Origin: Alphaproteobacteria bacterium
Lineage (GTDB): Bacteria > Pseudomonadota > Alphaproteobacteria > Bin95
Reading direction: 5' to 3'
DNA length: 64,000 nt
Assembly: GCA_965205265.1 (NCBI GenBank)
Contig: CBDBGH010000003.1
Location: 3,040,001 to 3,104,000 of the forward strand
The notes below the pieces were generated by a model, which made no database searches, had not been told where the DNA came from, and saw only the letters and a list, made by a program, of their open reading frames with translations. Positions 32,915 through 45,081 of this stretch are shown here, piece after piece (the first letter of the stretch is position 1; every line of letters starts with the position of its first letter). The translations under genes were made by a program, and so were the position numbers.

Positions 32915-34738
32915 GTGTGCGGCATTATCGGCATTCTCGGCAGCGGCCCGGTCGCCTGGCCGCTGATCGACGGGCTGAAGCGGCTGGAATATCGCGGCTA
33001 CGACTCCGCCGGCATTGCGGTGCTGGACAACGGCGCCATCCGCCGCCGGCGCGCGGAAGGCAAGATCGACCGGCTGCGCGACCTGGTGGCGGCGAAGCCG
33101 GTGGCGGGCGAGTCGGGCATCGGCCACACCCGCTGGGCGACCCACGGCGCGGCCAACGAGACCAATGCGCATCCCCATGCGACCGGCCGCGTGGCGGTGG
33201 TCCATAACGGCATCGTCGAGAACTTCCTGGCCCTGCGCAGCGAGCTTGAGGCGGAGGGCTGCGCCTTCGTCACCGAGACCGACACGGAGGCCGTGGCGCA
33301 GCTCATCACGCGCAATCTTGAGCGCGGAATGGACCCGGTTTCCGCCACCGATGCGGCGCTGGCGCGGCTCGAGGGGGCGTTTGCGCTCGCCATCCTGTTC
33401 GCGGGCGAGCAGGACCTGATGATCGGCGCGCGGCGGGGCAGCCCGCTCGCCTTCGGGCCGGGCGAGGGCGAGATGTTCCTCGGCTCCGACGCGCTGGCGC
33501 TCGCGCCCTTCACGGACCGGATCGCCTTCCTCGAAGAGGGCGACCGGGCGGTGTTCACGCGCCGCGGCGCGGCGGTGCGCGACACGCATGGCCGCGCGGT
33601 CGAGCGGCCCGTGCGCCGCAACCGGCTGGCGGGCGCGATGATCGGCAAGGGCAATTACCGCCACTACATGCAGAAGGAGATCCACGAGCAGCCGGCCGTG
33701 ATCGGGGACACGCTGCGCGCGCTGTTCAACCCGCTGACGCGCGCGGTCGCGCTGCCGGCGCTCGGCATCGACCTCGCCTCCGTTCCCCGGGTGACCGCCT
33801 CGGCATGCGGCACGGCCTATTATGCCGGCCTCGTCGGCAAATACTGGCTGGAGAGCCTGGCCCGGCTGCCGGTCGATCTCGATATCGCTTCCGAACTGCG
33901 CTACCGCGAGCCGCCGCTGGAGCCGGGGGCCATGGCGCTCCAGATCTCGCAGTCGGGCGAGACCATCGACACGCTGGAGGCGCTGCGCTATGCGCGCCGG
34001 CAGGGGCTGCATTCGGTCTCCATCGTCAATGTCTGGGAGAGCGCGATCGCGCGCGAGAGCGACGCCGTGATCCACACGCTCGCCGGCCCGGAGATCGGTG
34101 TCGCCTCCACCAAGGCCTTCACGACCCAGCTCGTGGTGCTGGCGGCGCTCGCCATCGCGGCCGCGCTCGCCCGGGGCGCGATCGACGGGAAGGAAGCCGG
34201 ACGGCTGACCGAGGCGCTGCTGGAGGCGCCGTCGCGCACGGCGGACATACTGGAGCAGGATGACGGCATCGAGGCGCTGGCGCACCGCCTCGCGACCGCC
34301 CGCGACGTGCTCTATATCGGGCGCGGCACGAGCTACGCCATCGCGCTCGAAGGGGCGCTGAAGCTCAAGGAGCTCTCCTATATCCATGCCGCCGGACATG
34401 CCGCCGGAGAGTTGAAGCACGGGCCCATTGCGCTGATCGACGAGGAGGTGCCGGTGGTCGCCATCGCGCCTTCGGACCGGCTGTTCGACAAGACCGCCTC
34501 CAATGTCCGCCAGGTGGCGGCGCGCGGCGGGCGGGTGATCCTGGTGAGCGACGCGGCCGGCATAGAGGCGGTGGGCGGCGACGCCGAGGCGGCGGTGGAG
34601 ATGCCGGCGGTCGATCCTTTCGTCGCGCCGATCCTCTACGCCGTCCCGGTGCAGCTTCTCGCCTACCACACGGCCGTGGCCAAGGGCACGGATGTGGACC
34701 AGCCCCGCAATCTCGCCAAGGCGGTCACCGTCGAATAG
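32915..34738 (+). CDS. glmS: Glutamine--fructose-6-phosphate aminotransferase
   Basis: MCGI, GHTRWATHG, SQSGET, PRNLAKAVTVE. Confidence 0.98.
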   Translation: MCGIIGILGSGPVAWPLIDGLKRLEYRGYDSAGIAVLDNGAIRRRRAEGKIDRLRDLVAAKPVAGESGIGHTRWATHGAANETNAHPHATGRVAVVHNGIVENFLALRSELEAEGCAFVTETDTEAVAQLITRNLERGMDPVSATDAALARLEGAFALAILFAGEQDLMIGARRGSPLAFGPGEGEMFLGSDALALAPFTDRIAFLEEGDRAVFTRRGAAVRDTHGRAVERPVRRNRLAGAMIGKGNYRHYMQKEIHEQPAVIGDTLRALFNPLTRAVALPALGIDLASVPRVTASACGTAYYAGLVGKYWLESLARLPVDLDIASELRYREPPLEPGAMALQISQSGETIDTLEALRYARRQGLHSVSIVNVWESAIARESDAVIHTLAGPEIGVASTKAFTTQLVVLAALAIAAALARGAIDGKEAGRLTEALLEAPSRTADILEQDDGIEALAHRLATARDVLYIGRGTSYAIALEGALKLKELSYIHAAGHAAGELKHGPIALIDEEVPVVAIAPSDRLFDKTASNVRQVAARGGRVILVSDAAGIEAVGGDAEAAVEMPAVDPFVAPILYAVPVQLLAYHTAVAKGTDVDQPRNLAKAVTVE

Positions 34739-36257
34739 GCCGGACCGTCCTGCCGATCAGCAGGCAGACGGGCAGCATCGGCAGGATGCAGAACACCGCC
34801 ATGGCGATGAAGCCGTCCTGGAAGCCCAGCATGTTCGCCTGCGCGGCCACGACATGGCCCAGATAGTCGAGCGCGGCCTGCTCGCGCACGCCGTCGGGCA
34901 GGCCGGCGCGCCCCAGCAGCCCGCCCACCCGGCCTAGAAGTTCGCGGGTGGCGTCGTTGGCGGCGGTCTGCGTCGCGGCGAAGGCGTCGCTGTGGTGGCC
35001 GATGCGCCGCTCCAGCACCACGACCAGGATGTTGATGCCGCAGGACCCGCCCAGCATCAGCAGCAGGTTGACCACGCCCGCGCCGCTGTCGAGCTGGCGG
35101 GGCTCCAGCGCGGCGAGCGCGGTGTTGTTGATCGCGGGCGTGACGAAGGCGACGCCGATACGGTTCACCAGCAGGTAGCCCGCAATGGTCCAGAAAGCGG
35201 TGTCGCTGTCCGCGCCCGCCATCAACACCGCGCTCACCAGGGCCGCCAGCATCCCGCCGATGACGATCGTCGGGGCCGGGAAATGGTCCGAAAGCCGCCC
35301 GGCGAGCGGCAGCAGCAGCGCCGCGACGACGCAGCCCGGCAGCAGCAGCGAGCCCGCCTCGGTCGCCGTCATGCCCGGCACGATCTGGCCGAAGACGGGG
35401 AAGATATAGACCGTGCCGAAGGAGGCGAAGGCGAAGACGAAGCTGGTCGTGCCCGCCGCGGCGAAGCGCAGGTTCCGGAAGAGGCCGAGATCGAGCAGGC
35501 TCGCGTTCGGCCGCAATTGCGAGAGCACGAAGCCCGCCCCGGTCGCGACGAACCCGCCCCAGACCGCCAGCATGTAATCCGAAAACCAGCCTTCGCGCTG
35601 GCCGGAGGCGATGCCGGTGGTGAGCAGGAAGATGGCGGCGGCGACGAGCGCGAAGCCCAGCGCGTCGAAGGGCTCCGGCGGCGCGCGCTGCTCGCGTTCC
35701 GGAATGAAGACCAGGCCCAGGAAAAACGCCAGCGCGGCCGCCGGCAGCGGCACCAGGAAGATGTAGCGCCATTCCAGCAGGTCGATGGCGAGGCCGCCTA
35801 TGGCGGGGCCGAGGCCGAGCGCGAACACCACGCCCATGCTGAACAGGCCCATGGCGAGGCCGCGCCTGTCCGGCGGGAAGACCTGGAACAGCACCACCAT
35901 GATGAGCGGCTGCACGATGCCGGAGGAGAGGCCTTGGACGATGCGCCCGAAGACGATCAGGCCGAAATTGGGCGCCCACCAGCAGATCATGCTGCCGACG
36001 CCGAACAGCACGAGCGAGAGCGCGAAGGCGTTGCGCTGGCCGATGCGCGCCACCAGCCAGCGGTTGAGCAGCAGGCTCGCCGTGTTGGTGGCGAGGAAGG
36101 CCGTGGCGAGGAACTGCGCCCGGTCCTGCCCGATGCCGTATGCGCCCATCACATGCGGGATCGCGACATTCGCCATGGTGCTGGAGAACACCATGGTGAA
36201 GAACGCCAGCAGCCCCGTCACGGTGACGAGCCAGATATAGAGCGGGCTGCGGTCCAA
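34725..36257 (-). CDS. DHA2 (EmrB/QacA) MFS efflux permease
   Basis: ANVAIPHVM, GRIVQG, GPAIGG, WRYIF, about 14 TM segments. Confidence 0.9.
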   Translation of the reverse strand: MDRSPLYIWLVTVTGLLAFFTMVFSSTMANVAIPHVMGAYGIGQDRAQFLATAFLATNTASLLLNRWLVARIGQRNAFALSLVLFGVGSMICWWAPNFGLIVFGRIVQGLSSGIVQPLIMVVLFQVFPPDRRGLAMGLFSMGVVFALGLGPAIGGLAIDLLEWRYIFLVPLPAAALAFFLGLVFIPEREQRAPPEPFDALGFALVAAAIFLLTTGIASGQREGWFSDYMLAVWGGFVATGAGFVLSQLRPNASLLDLGLFRNLRFAAAGTTSFVFAFASFGTVYIFPVFGQIVPGMTATEAGSLLLPGCVVAALLLPLAGRLSDHFPAPTIVIGGMLAALVSAVLMAGADSDTAFWTIAGYLLVNRIGVAFVTPAINNTALAALEPRQLDSGAGVVNLLLMLGGSCGINILVVVLERRIGHHSDAFAATQTAANDATRELLGRVGGLLGRAGLPDGVREQAALDYLGHVVAAQANMLGFQDGFIAMAVFCILPMLPVCLLIGRTVRPIRR

Positions 36258-36346
36258 CGGGCGCTCCTGCCGGAAGCCGGAAGAGGAGGATAATAGGCCG
36301 CCCGAACCCGGTGGAAAGGCCGGGCCGGTCCCGTGGAGCCTGTCGC

Positions 36347-37630
36347 TCAGAACTGCCTGACGAAGGAGAGCTCGGCGCGGTTGCGGTCGTAGTCGAGGGC
36401 CTGGGCGTTGGTCTCGCGCTCCTCGCGGATGAGCGAGAGGCGCGGGCTGAAGCCGGCGAGCGTGAAGGCGCGGTTGTGCACCGAGAGCGAGAGCGTCCGG
36501 GTCTCGTCCTCGCGCGGCTCGCGGTCGATGGTGCGGTGGGCGAAGCCGCGGCCCCGGTATTCGGTGCGCTGCAGGGAGGCGCGCAGGCCCAGGGTGAAGC
36601 CGGCTGGCAGCGCCAGCGTTGCGCCCAGGCTCGCCTGCGGGCCGCTATTGCGCCAGTGCTCCAGATTGGCGCGGGCCCAGCTCCAGCCGGCATTGCCGCC
36701 GAAGCGCAGGATCGGCAGCGCGGCCCAGCTTGCCCCCAGCGAGACATCGCCCACCGGGCCGTCGAGCCAGTTGCAGTCGCGGCAGTTGCGCCGGGCGGCG
36801 CTCACCCTGCCGAACAGGCCGAGGCGCGGCGTCAGCACATGCTCGCCTTCCAGCCGGATGCCGAAGCGGTCGGTCTCGGGCATGCCGGCGGTCCATTGCC
36901 GCTCTACGGTCGCGAGCAGGCTGGCCTCGGTGCGGGCGTCGATCAGCCGGCGCGGGCCGAGATGGGCGGCGAGGAAATGCCGGTCGAAATCCCCGCCCTT
37001 GTATTCGCGGATGCTGGCATTGGCCCCGGAGCGCAGCCGGAGATTGTGGGAGAGTGGATACTGGTATTCGCCCCCGCCCCAGATCGAGACGCCGACGCCG
37101 GATTCGGGCTTCGCGGGGTCGTCGAGGGTGAAGGGCAGGCGGCCGAAGGGCGTGTCGAGGAAGACCGTGCGCTCGCCCGAGGCGGCGTTGAGGTTGCTGT
37201 CGGGGGCCAGCGCCGCGCCGAACTGCGCCTCCCAGCGCCGCCGCGCGCGCATGACGCGCAGGAAGCGGACGATGTTGACCGCCACGGCCTCGGGCGGCTT
37301 GCCGGCCAGCACCTGCTCGAAATGCCGCCTTGCCAGCGTGTCCTCCTCCTTCAGGAAGAAGGCGCGGGCGAGTTCGAGCCGCACACGCACGAGCTCCGGG
37401 CGGTCCACCAGGATGGCGCGGAAGGCGGCGATGGCCTCGTCCAGCTTCCCGTCGCGGGCCTCCCGGTCCGCGATGGCATGGGCGGCGGTCAGCGCCTCCA
37501 TGCCGGCACGGAAACGCGCTTCGGTGGCGTCCCCCTGGCCGTAGGCGAGCGCGCCCCAGCCGACCGACGCGAAAACCAGGATCGACAGGCCGAGGACGAG
37601 GACGAGGACGAGGGTAAGGAACCGTGTCAT
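36347..37630 (-). CDS. Surface lipoprotein assembly modifier (Slam; TPR plus DUF560 barrel)
   Basis: Signal peptide, RVRLELARAFF TPR, DSNLN motif, amphipathic strands, terminal Phe (FVRQF). Confidence 0.82.
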   Translation of the reverse strand: MTRFLTLVLVLVLGLSILVFASVGWGALAYGQGDATEARFRAGMEALTAAHAIADREARDGKLDEAIAAFRAILVDRPELVRVRLELARAFFLKEEDTLARRHFEQVLAGKPPEAVAVNIVRFLRVMRARRRWEAQFGAALAPDSNLNAASGERTVFLDTPFGRLPFTLDDPAKPESGVGVSIWGGGEYQYPLSHNLRLRSGANASIREYKGGDFDRHFLAAHLGPRRLIDARTEASLLATVERQWTAGMPETDRFGIRLEGEHVLTPRLGLFGRVSAARRNCRDCNWLDGPVGDVSLGASWAALPILRFGGNAGWSWARANLEHWRNSGPQASLGATLALPAGFTLGLRASLQRTEYRGRGFAHRTIDREPREDETRTLSLSVHNRAFTLAGFSPRLSLIREERETNAQALDYDRNRAELSFVRQF

Positions 37631-37702
37631 GGCGTTACCCGTCTTTCGATTTGCCCGGACAGGAGGCCGGAAAATTTCATCGGCGGCCCCAATGCGGGCG
37701 GC

Positions 37703-37741
37703 AAAGAAAACCCCCGGCGCGAAAAGGGGACGCGCCGGGGG
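37703..37741 (-). terminator. Rho-independent terminator between the lipoprotein and slam genes
   Basis: 11-bp stem CCCCCGGCGCG/CGCGCCGGGGG followed by TTTTCTTT on the minus strand. Confidence 0.7.
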
Positions 37742-37797
37742 AAAGAGGCGGGAGCAGAGAAGCCCGGACGGGCCGGCTCCCCTCCCGAGGTTATCGA

Positions 37798-38520
37798 CTA
37801 CCGGCGGGCGCCGAACCCTCCGGCGATGTTGGCGCCGGCTCCGTCGGCAAAGAACTCGCCGGCTACTGCAAGCGGCGCGGCATTGTCCGTGTTGGCGACC
37901 GTGCCATCCGCGGCGCGAGCTTCCTTCGCATTCTCGAAGAATGAACCCGACCACCTGCCGTATACTGTCGCATCACCGAGCGTTGCGACCGTACCATTGA
38001 AGTTGGTACCAGCCGTGTTAGCTCCGGCACCTGTGGTGGCGCTCGTGAACGCCGCGGTCAAGTCAGTCAAGGTGATCTTCTTGAGTGCGACGCTCCAGCC
38101 CGCCATGGCGCCGGCAGCACCCTGGAAGTTGCTTACACTTCCGGAGATCGAGCCGACTTCCGTTGCATTACCGAACTTTGCCGTCAGCGTGGCATCGGCT
38201 GTGAAGGCTCCAGCCTCCTCGCCGACGACGTACCGCCCGGCAGCATTACCGGTATAGACAGCGTCGCCCGTCACGGCGGCACCGGTAGCATCGCCAGCCG
38301 GGGCTGCTACGTAGGCCGTGGTGCCGGTACCAATGAGATCGAAGGAATAAGTCCCCGTCGACTTGGCCGGCTCCCTCATCCACCAGCCGAAGGTCAGGTA
38401 ACTGCCGTCCTCGCGGTAGGCTGTCTGACCTGCGTTCGGAGCGAAGGTCCATGCGTCGGCAGTGGTGTACGTTCCCGCAGGCGAGACCGAAACCGAGCAC
38501 GACGTTGCACCACCAGCTGG
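37798..38520 (-). pseudogene. 5'-truncated TbpB-like surface lipoprotein (C-terminal barrel)
   Basis: Frame stays open upstream of the track start (PAGGATSCSV...YLTFGWWMREP...YTGNAAG...FTADATLTAKF...WSGSFF...GGFGA) up to the palindrome; no start codon or signal peptide. Confidence 0.75.
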
Positions 38521-38551
38521 AACATTTATGCCGAATTCGGCATAAATGTTC
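38520..38551. repeat. Perfect 32-bp palindrome at the RIT left junction
   Basis: GAACATTTATGCCGAATTCGGCATAAATGTTC is its own reverse complement. Confidence 0.95.
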
Positions 38552-38594
38552 TAATGCCGCAAAAATTTTAATGCCGCGTTTCCGGTATCAGCCC

Positions 38595-38653
38595 CTTGCT
38601 GCACTTGGGTTTCGGGTCCGGAAAACGCGGCATTAATCGGTGGCTTCACAGGG
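38595..38653. repeat. Left copy of the 59-bp perfect inverted repeat
   Basis: CTTGCTGCACTTGGG...GGCTTCACAGGG is the reverse complement of 44717-44775. Confidence 0.93.
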
Positions 38654-38729
38654 TACCCGTTCCGCTTGATCGCACCCGGCTGGCTGCGACTGTGCTCTCC
38701 ATGGGTCAACAGGCACATGGAGAGTTATC

Positions 38730-39986
38730 ATGCCATCAAAGACCAATCACGATGCTGCCGCCCGCCTTGGCGTGAGTTGGCTGACGCCGTTGCGGGCGTC
38801 GTTTCTGGCCGACCTGAAACGGCAGGGCTATGCGCCGGCGACCGTTCGGGATTACGCGACGTCGCTCAAACGGTTTCAGGAGGAGATCGAGGCCCGCTGG
38901 CTGGGTGCCAACGACCTGGACGCCGGAACCCTGAGGGATGTGGAGGACGCCATTCTGGCCTGTTCTTCTGCGGCTCCCCGGCGCCATCGACGTTTCCATC
39001 TCCGCCGATTCGTCACCCACTTGGCGGCCGAGGGGGTGATCGCCGCACCGCCGGTTCCGGAACCGCCTCCCGGTTGGCTTGAGGAACTGGGCCGGACCTA
39101 CGGTGACTGGCTGTGCCGGCACCGGGGCCTGGTACCGTCCACGATCCGGTATCGCCGGTGGTTCCTGAAGCGGTTCCTGACGTTCTGCTTCGGGGGAAAA
39201 TCCGGTGATCTCAATGGTATCGGCGCTGCCGACATCCGGGCGTTTCTTGACCTGCCGCCGGGTCGGCCCTCGACCGGACCGGGCCTTGCCAGTCGGGCAG
39301 ACAGCCTGCGCTGTCTGTTCCGGTTCCTGTTCGCCACCGGCCGGACTCACGCCGACCTGAACCTGTGCGTACCGAAGGTCGCAGCGCCGAGCATGCATGG
39401 AGCCGCCGTCGGCCATCTCTCGGCAGAAGACATTGCGGCCCTGGCCGAAGCCGTCCGTGGCGACACCGTGCGCGCACGCCGCGACCTCGCGGTGCTGCTG
39501 CTGCTGGCCCGGCTCGGGCTGCGGTCGCAGGAGGTCACGGCGATCCGGCTGGCCGACATCAACTGGCCATCCGGAACCCTTCTGGTGCGCGGCAAGGGCG
39601 ACCAGCATGCCGTCATGCCGTTGCCCGTCGATGTCGGCGAGGCAGTTGTGGACTACCTCCTGAACGGCCGGGCCGGATCGGAACAGCGTCTGTTTGTTTC
39701 GGTACGGGCGCCGTACCGGCCGTTCCGAGGTTCGAGCTTCATTCGCAGGATGCTCCAAGAGGCGTTCGCCAAGGCCGGCCTGGCGGTGCCGGAGGGCGGG
39801 GTTCGCTGCCATCTGCTGCGCCACAGTCTCGCCGCCCAGCTGCTGGACCGCGGTGCGTCGCTGGAGGAGACCGGCGACGTGCTGCGCCACCGACTGGCGC
39901 GGACCACGACAATCTATGCCCGCTACGGCATCGGAGCCCTGCGGCCGTTGGCCCGGCCCTGGCCGGCACCGGGGGAGGACGACTGA
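38730..39986 (+). CDS. Tyrosine recombinase RitA-like
   Basis: GLRSQE, RGKG, HLLRHS, LRHR, TTIYA. Confidence 0.9.
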   Translation: MPSKTNHDAAARLGVSWLTPLRASFLADLKRQGYAPATVRDYATSLKRFQEEIEARWLGANDLDAGTLRDVEDAILACSSAAPRRHRRFHLRRFVTHLAAEGVIAAPPVPEPPPGWLEELGRTYGDWLCRHRGLVPSTIRYRRWFLKRFLTFCFGGKSGDLNGIGAADIRAFLDLPPGRPSTGPGLASRADSLRCLFRFLFATGRTHADLNLCVPKVAAPSMHGAAVGHLSAEDIAALAEAVRGDTVRARRDLAVLLLLARLGLRSQEVTAIRLADINWPSGTLLVRGKGDQHAVMPLPVDVGEAVVDYLLNGRAGSEQRLFVSVRAPYRPFRGSSFIRRMLQEAFAKAGLAVPEGGVRCHLLRHSLAAQLLDRGASLEETGDVLRHRLARTTTIYARYGIGALRPLARPWPAPGEDD

Positions 39987-40707
39987 TGACCAGCTTCACG
40001 GATCGTCTCGACCAGTGCCTGGCGGAACGCCGCCGCTACGGTGGTAACTGGCTGTCCCAGGCCCGATCGGTCCGACCGTTCGCCGCCTTCGCCGACCGCC
40101 AGCGCGCGGACCGGATCACGACCGAGCTGTTCCTGCGCTGGAAGGAGGGGTACGGATCCGCCGGCCGGTCGACCTGGACGGTGCGGCTGGCGGCCGTGCG
40201 CGTCTTCGCCACCTGGCTGAAGGGCATCGACCCGCGCACGGAAGTTCCGCCCCTGGGACTGGTCCCGGGCAGCTCCCGCCGGGCGCGGCCCTACATCTTC
40301 TCCGACACCGAGATCCGCAGCATCGTGGCCGAGGCGGATCGGCTGCCTTCCTGTACGGGACTGCGCGGACTGACGTATTCCACGCTGTTCGGGTTGCTGG
40401 CCGTCACCGGCATGCGTATCGGCGAGGCCGTCGCGCTGGACGGGCGTATAGCGCGACAATCTGGGTGAGAGCCGCGCGTCAATCAGGATGAGATTCCCCG
40501 GCGGCATCGGCGAGTTGATGATTGTCGCGCGGGGCGCGGATTGCAAGCGGTTTCGGATTTTGATTGTCGCGGCGCGACAAACAGGGTTTTCGGAGAGCGT
40601 TTTGATTGTCGCGGGGGGGCCGTCGGGTCGGAGAAGAGACGGCCCGCGGAGGCGATTCCCGCGGGCTGTGAGTGTTGTGGCCGCTGGGCCGATCTGGCGG
40701 CAGCGGT

Positions 40708-43055
<2,348 letters not shown>

Positions 43056-43728
43056 CTACTCGGAAAAACGTCACCGTTCGCCCAGCCGACCGACCCCGCC
43101 AGAAGGTCCAGGAAAAATTTTTGAGGCGGCGGCCCGGAACTCCGGTCGGGCTACGCCCTCCCTCCGTTCCGGGCCGCCGCCTTCCCCCGTCTCATCCTGA
43201 TTGTCGCCAGCGTCTCAAGCTGATTGTCGCGCCGCACGGGCGGGACATCGGTCTCGATGCGGGCCTGATCCGGGTTCGCCATGCCAAGGGCGGCCGCAGC
43301 CGCACGGTACCGATCACCGGATGTACGGCCGAGCGCCTGCGGGAGTACCGCGTCAGGATGACGGCCGTCCTCGGCCGCACCCCGGACGCCTGGTTCTGCG
43401 GCAGCATGGCCGGGAACCGGATGCTCCGGGGTACCGCGCAGCAGAACTTCGCCAAGGTCGGCCGCAGGCTCGGACTGCGGCCGCCGCAGGTGAAGGGCCG
43501 CACCGTGCGCGGTCCGCACCTGCATGACCTGAGACACACCTATGCCACGAGGACGCTGCTCGACTGGTTTCGGCGGGGCCAGGACGTCGACGCCGAGATG
43601 TACAAGCTCAGCACCGTACTCGGCCACACGTGTCCCGGCGGCACCTACTGGTACATCGAGGCCGTACCGGAACTGCTGGCCCTGGCCAGCGAACGCTCGG
43701 GAACCGCACCCGACCGGAGGGCCGGATC

Positions 43729-44724
43729 ATGAGCGGGCACCCATTGGCCCCGCATCTGGCAGACTTCTTCCATCATCGCCTGAACGGGCAACTCAACGCC
43801 AGCGAACATACGGTGAAGAGCTACCGGGACGCCATGAAGCTACTGCTGACCTTCGCTCAGAAGCAGCTGGGCCGCGAGCCGATGCGGCTGGAAGTCGAGG
43901 ACATCGATGCCGATCTCGTCTGCCGGTTTCTGGACCATCTCGAGACGGACCGGAAGAACAGCATCGCCAGCCGAAACATCCGGTTGGCCGCCATCCGCTC
44001 CTTTTTCACGCATGTCTCCCGCTGCGAGCCAGCCCTGCTCGATCACTGTCGGAAGGTGGGCTTGCTGCCCGGCAAGCGGCAGCGCAAGCCGACGGTCCAG
44101 CATCTCGACGAGGCCGAGATCCAGGCCCTGCTCGATGCCCCGAACCTCGATACCCGCACGGGCCGGCGGGACCGGGCGATCCTGCTGCTGCTGGTACAGA
44201 CCGGACTGCGGGTCGGTGAGCTGATCAATCTTGACCTCGGCAACATCAGCCTCCAGGGTCAGGCCAGTGTCTTCTGCCTCGGCAAGGGACGCAGGGAACG
44301 CTCGACCCCGCTCCGGCAGGATACCGTGCAGGTGCTCAGCGAGTGGATGGAGGAACGGGCCGCCGGCGCCGGCGACCCGCTGTTCGTGAGCAACCGGAAT
44401 CGGCGACTCAGCCCCGACAGTGTCCAGCAACTGGTGCGCCGGCATGTCGAACGGGCGGCCCGACAGTGCCCGTCACTATCGGCCAGGCGGATCACTCCGC
44501 ACAGCTTGCGACACACCGCAGCCATGCAGCTTCTGCGTCATGGCCGGTCAATCACCGTTATCGCCTTGTGGTTGGGACACGAATCGACCATGACGACGAT
44601 GAAATACCTGCATGCGGATCAGAGGATCAAGCAGGAGGCCATGGAACTGACGCGGCCAGCGGACGTCCCACCGGGGTGCTACCAGCCAACTGACGAGGTG
44701 ATGGCCATGCTTAACGCCCTGTGA
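43729..44724 (+). CDS. Tyrosine recombinase RitC-like
   Basis: SEHTVKSYRD, TGLRVGE, GKGRRER, PHSLRHTAAM, WLGHE, KYLHAD. Confidence 0.92.
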   Translation: MSGHPLAPHLADFFHHRLNGQLNASEHTVKSYRDAMKLLLTFAQKQLGREPMRLEVEDIDADLVCRFLDHLETDRKNSIASRNIRLAAIRSFFTHVSRCEPALLDHCRKVGLLPGKRQRKPTVQHLDEAEIQALLDAPNLDTRTGRRDRAILLLLVQTGLRVGELINLDLGNISLQGQASVFCLGKGRRERSTPLRQDTVQVLSEWMEERAAGAGDPLFVSNRNRRLSPDSVQQLVRRHVERAARQCPSLSARRITPHSLRHTAAMQLLRHGRSITVIALWLGHESTMTTMKYLHADQRIKQEAMELTRPADVPPGCYQPTDEVMAMLNAL

Positions 44725-44775
44725 AGCCACCGATTAATGCCGCGTTTTCCGGACCCGAAACCCAAGTGCAGCAAG
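44717..44775. repeat. Right copy of the 59-bp inverted repeat, overlapping the ritC stop codon
   Basis: CCCTGTGAAGCC...CCCAAGTGCAGCAAG. Confidence 0.93.
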
Positions 44776-44887
44776 AGGGCGACACGCGGACGCCAAAGCC
44801 CCTGAGCTTGCTGTCGCGAACCTCGCGGACGGACTTGCGGGACCTGAGCGTCCAGACTCGGGTCTCGGTGAGATTGGTTCTCGGCAA
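44776..44887 (-). pseudogene. N-terminal arm-binding stump of a genomic-island tyrosine integrase
   Basis: GGGAGA RBS, TTG start, LPRTNLTETRVWTLRSRKSVREVRDSKLRGFGVRVSPS, cut exactly at the RIT inverted repeat. Confidence 0.7.
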
Positions 44888-45081
44888 CGGATTTCTCCCG
44901 GCTCCGGTTGCAGCCAGGGAACAAAGGAATTGCACCCTACTTCCCCAGTTGCAGATTTTCGGGAGAAAAAACGATTCTATATCAGATAGTTAGCACCCAC
45001 CGGTGTGCATATTGGTGTTCGGTATTGTCTCAGTCTGAAATCGGGAAAGTCGGGCGAGGAGCGACCCCGCCCGACATGGTG

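Noticed and set aside
34700-36300. Tn7-like insertion at attTn7 downstream of glmS
   Set aside because: glmS overlaps a convergent MFS gene; no tns/tniQ genes or Tn7 ends were seen, and the island starts about 1.6 kb away
40447-40615. Short repeated TGATTGTCGC units as a CRISPR array or iterons
   Set aside because: They are the transposase-binding repeats of the IS21 end, mirrored at 43190-43236; no cas genes or regular spacers
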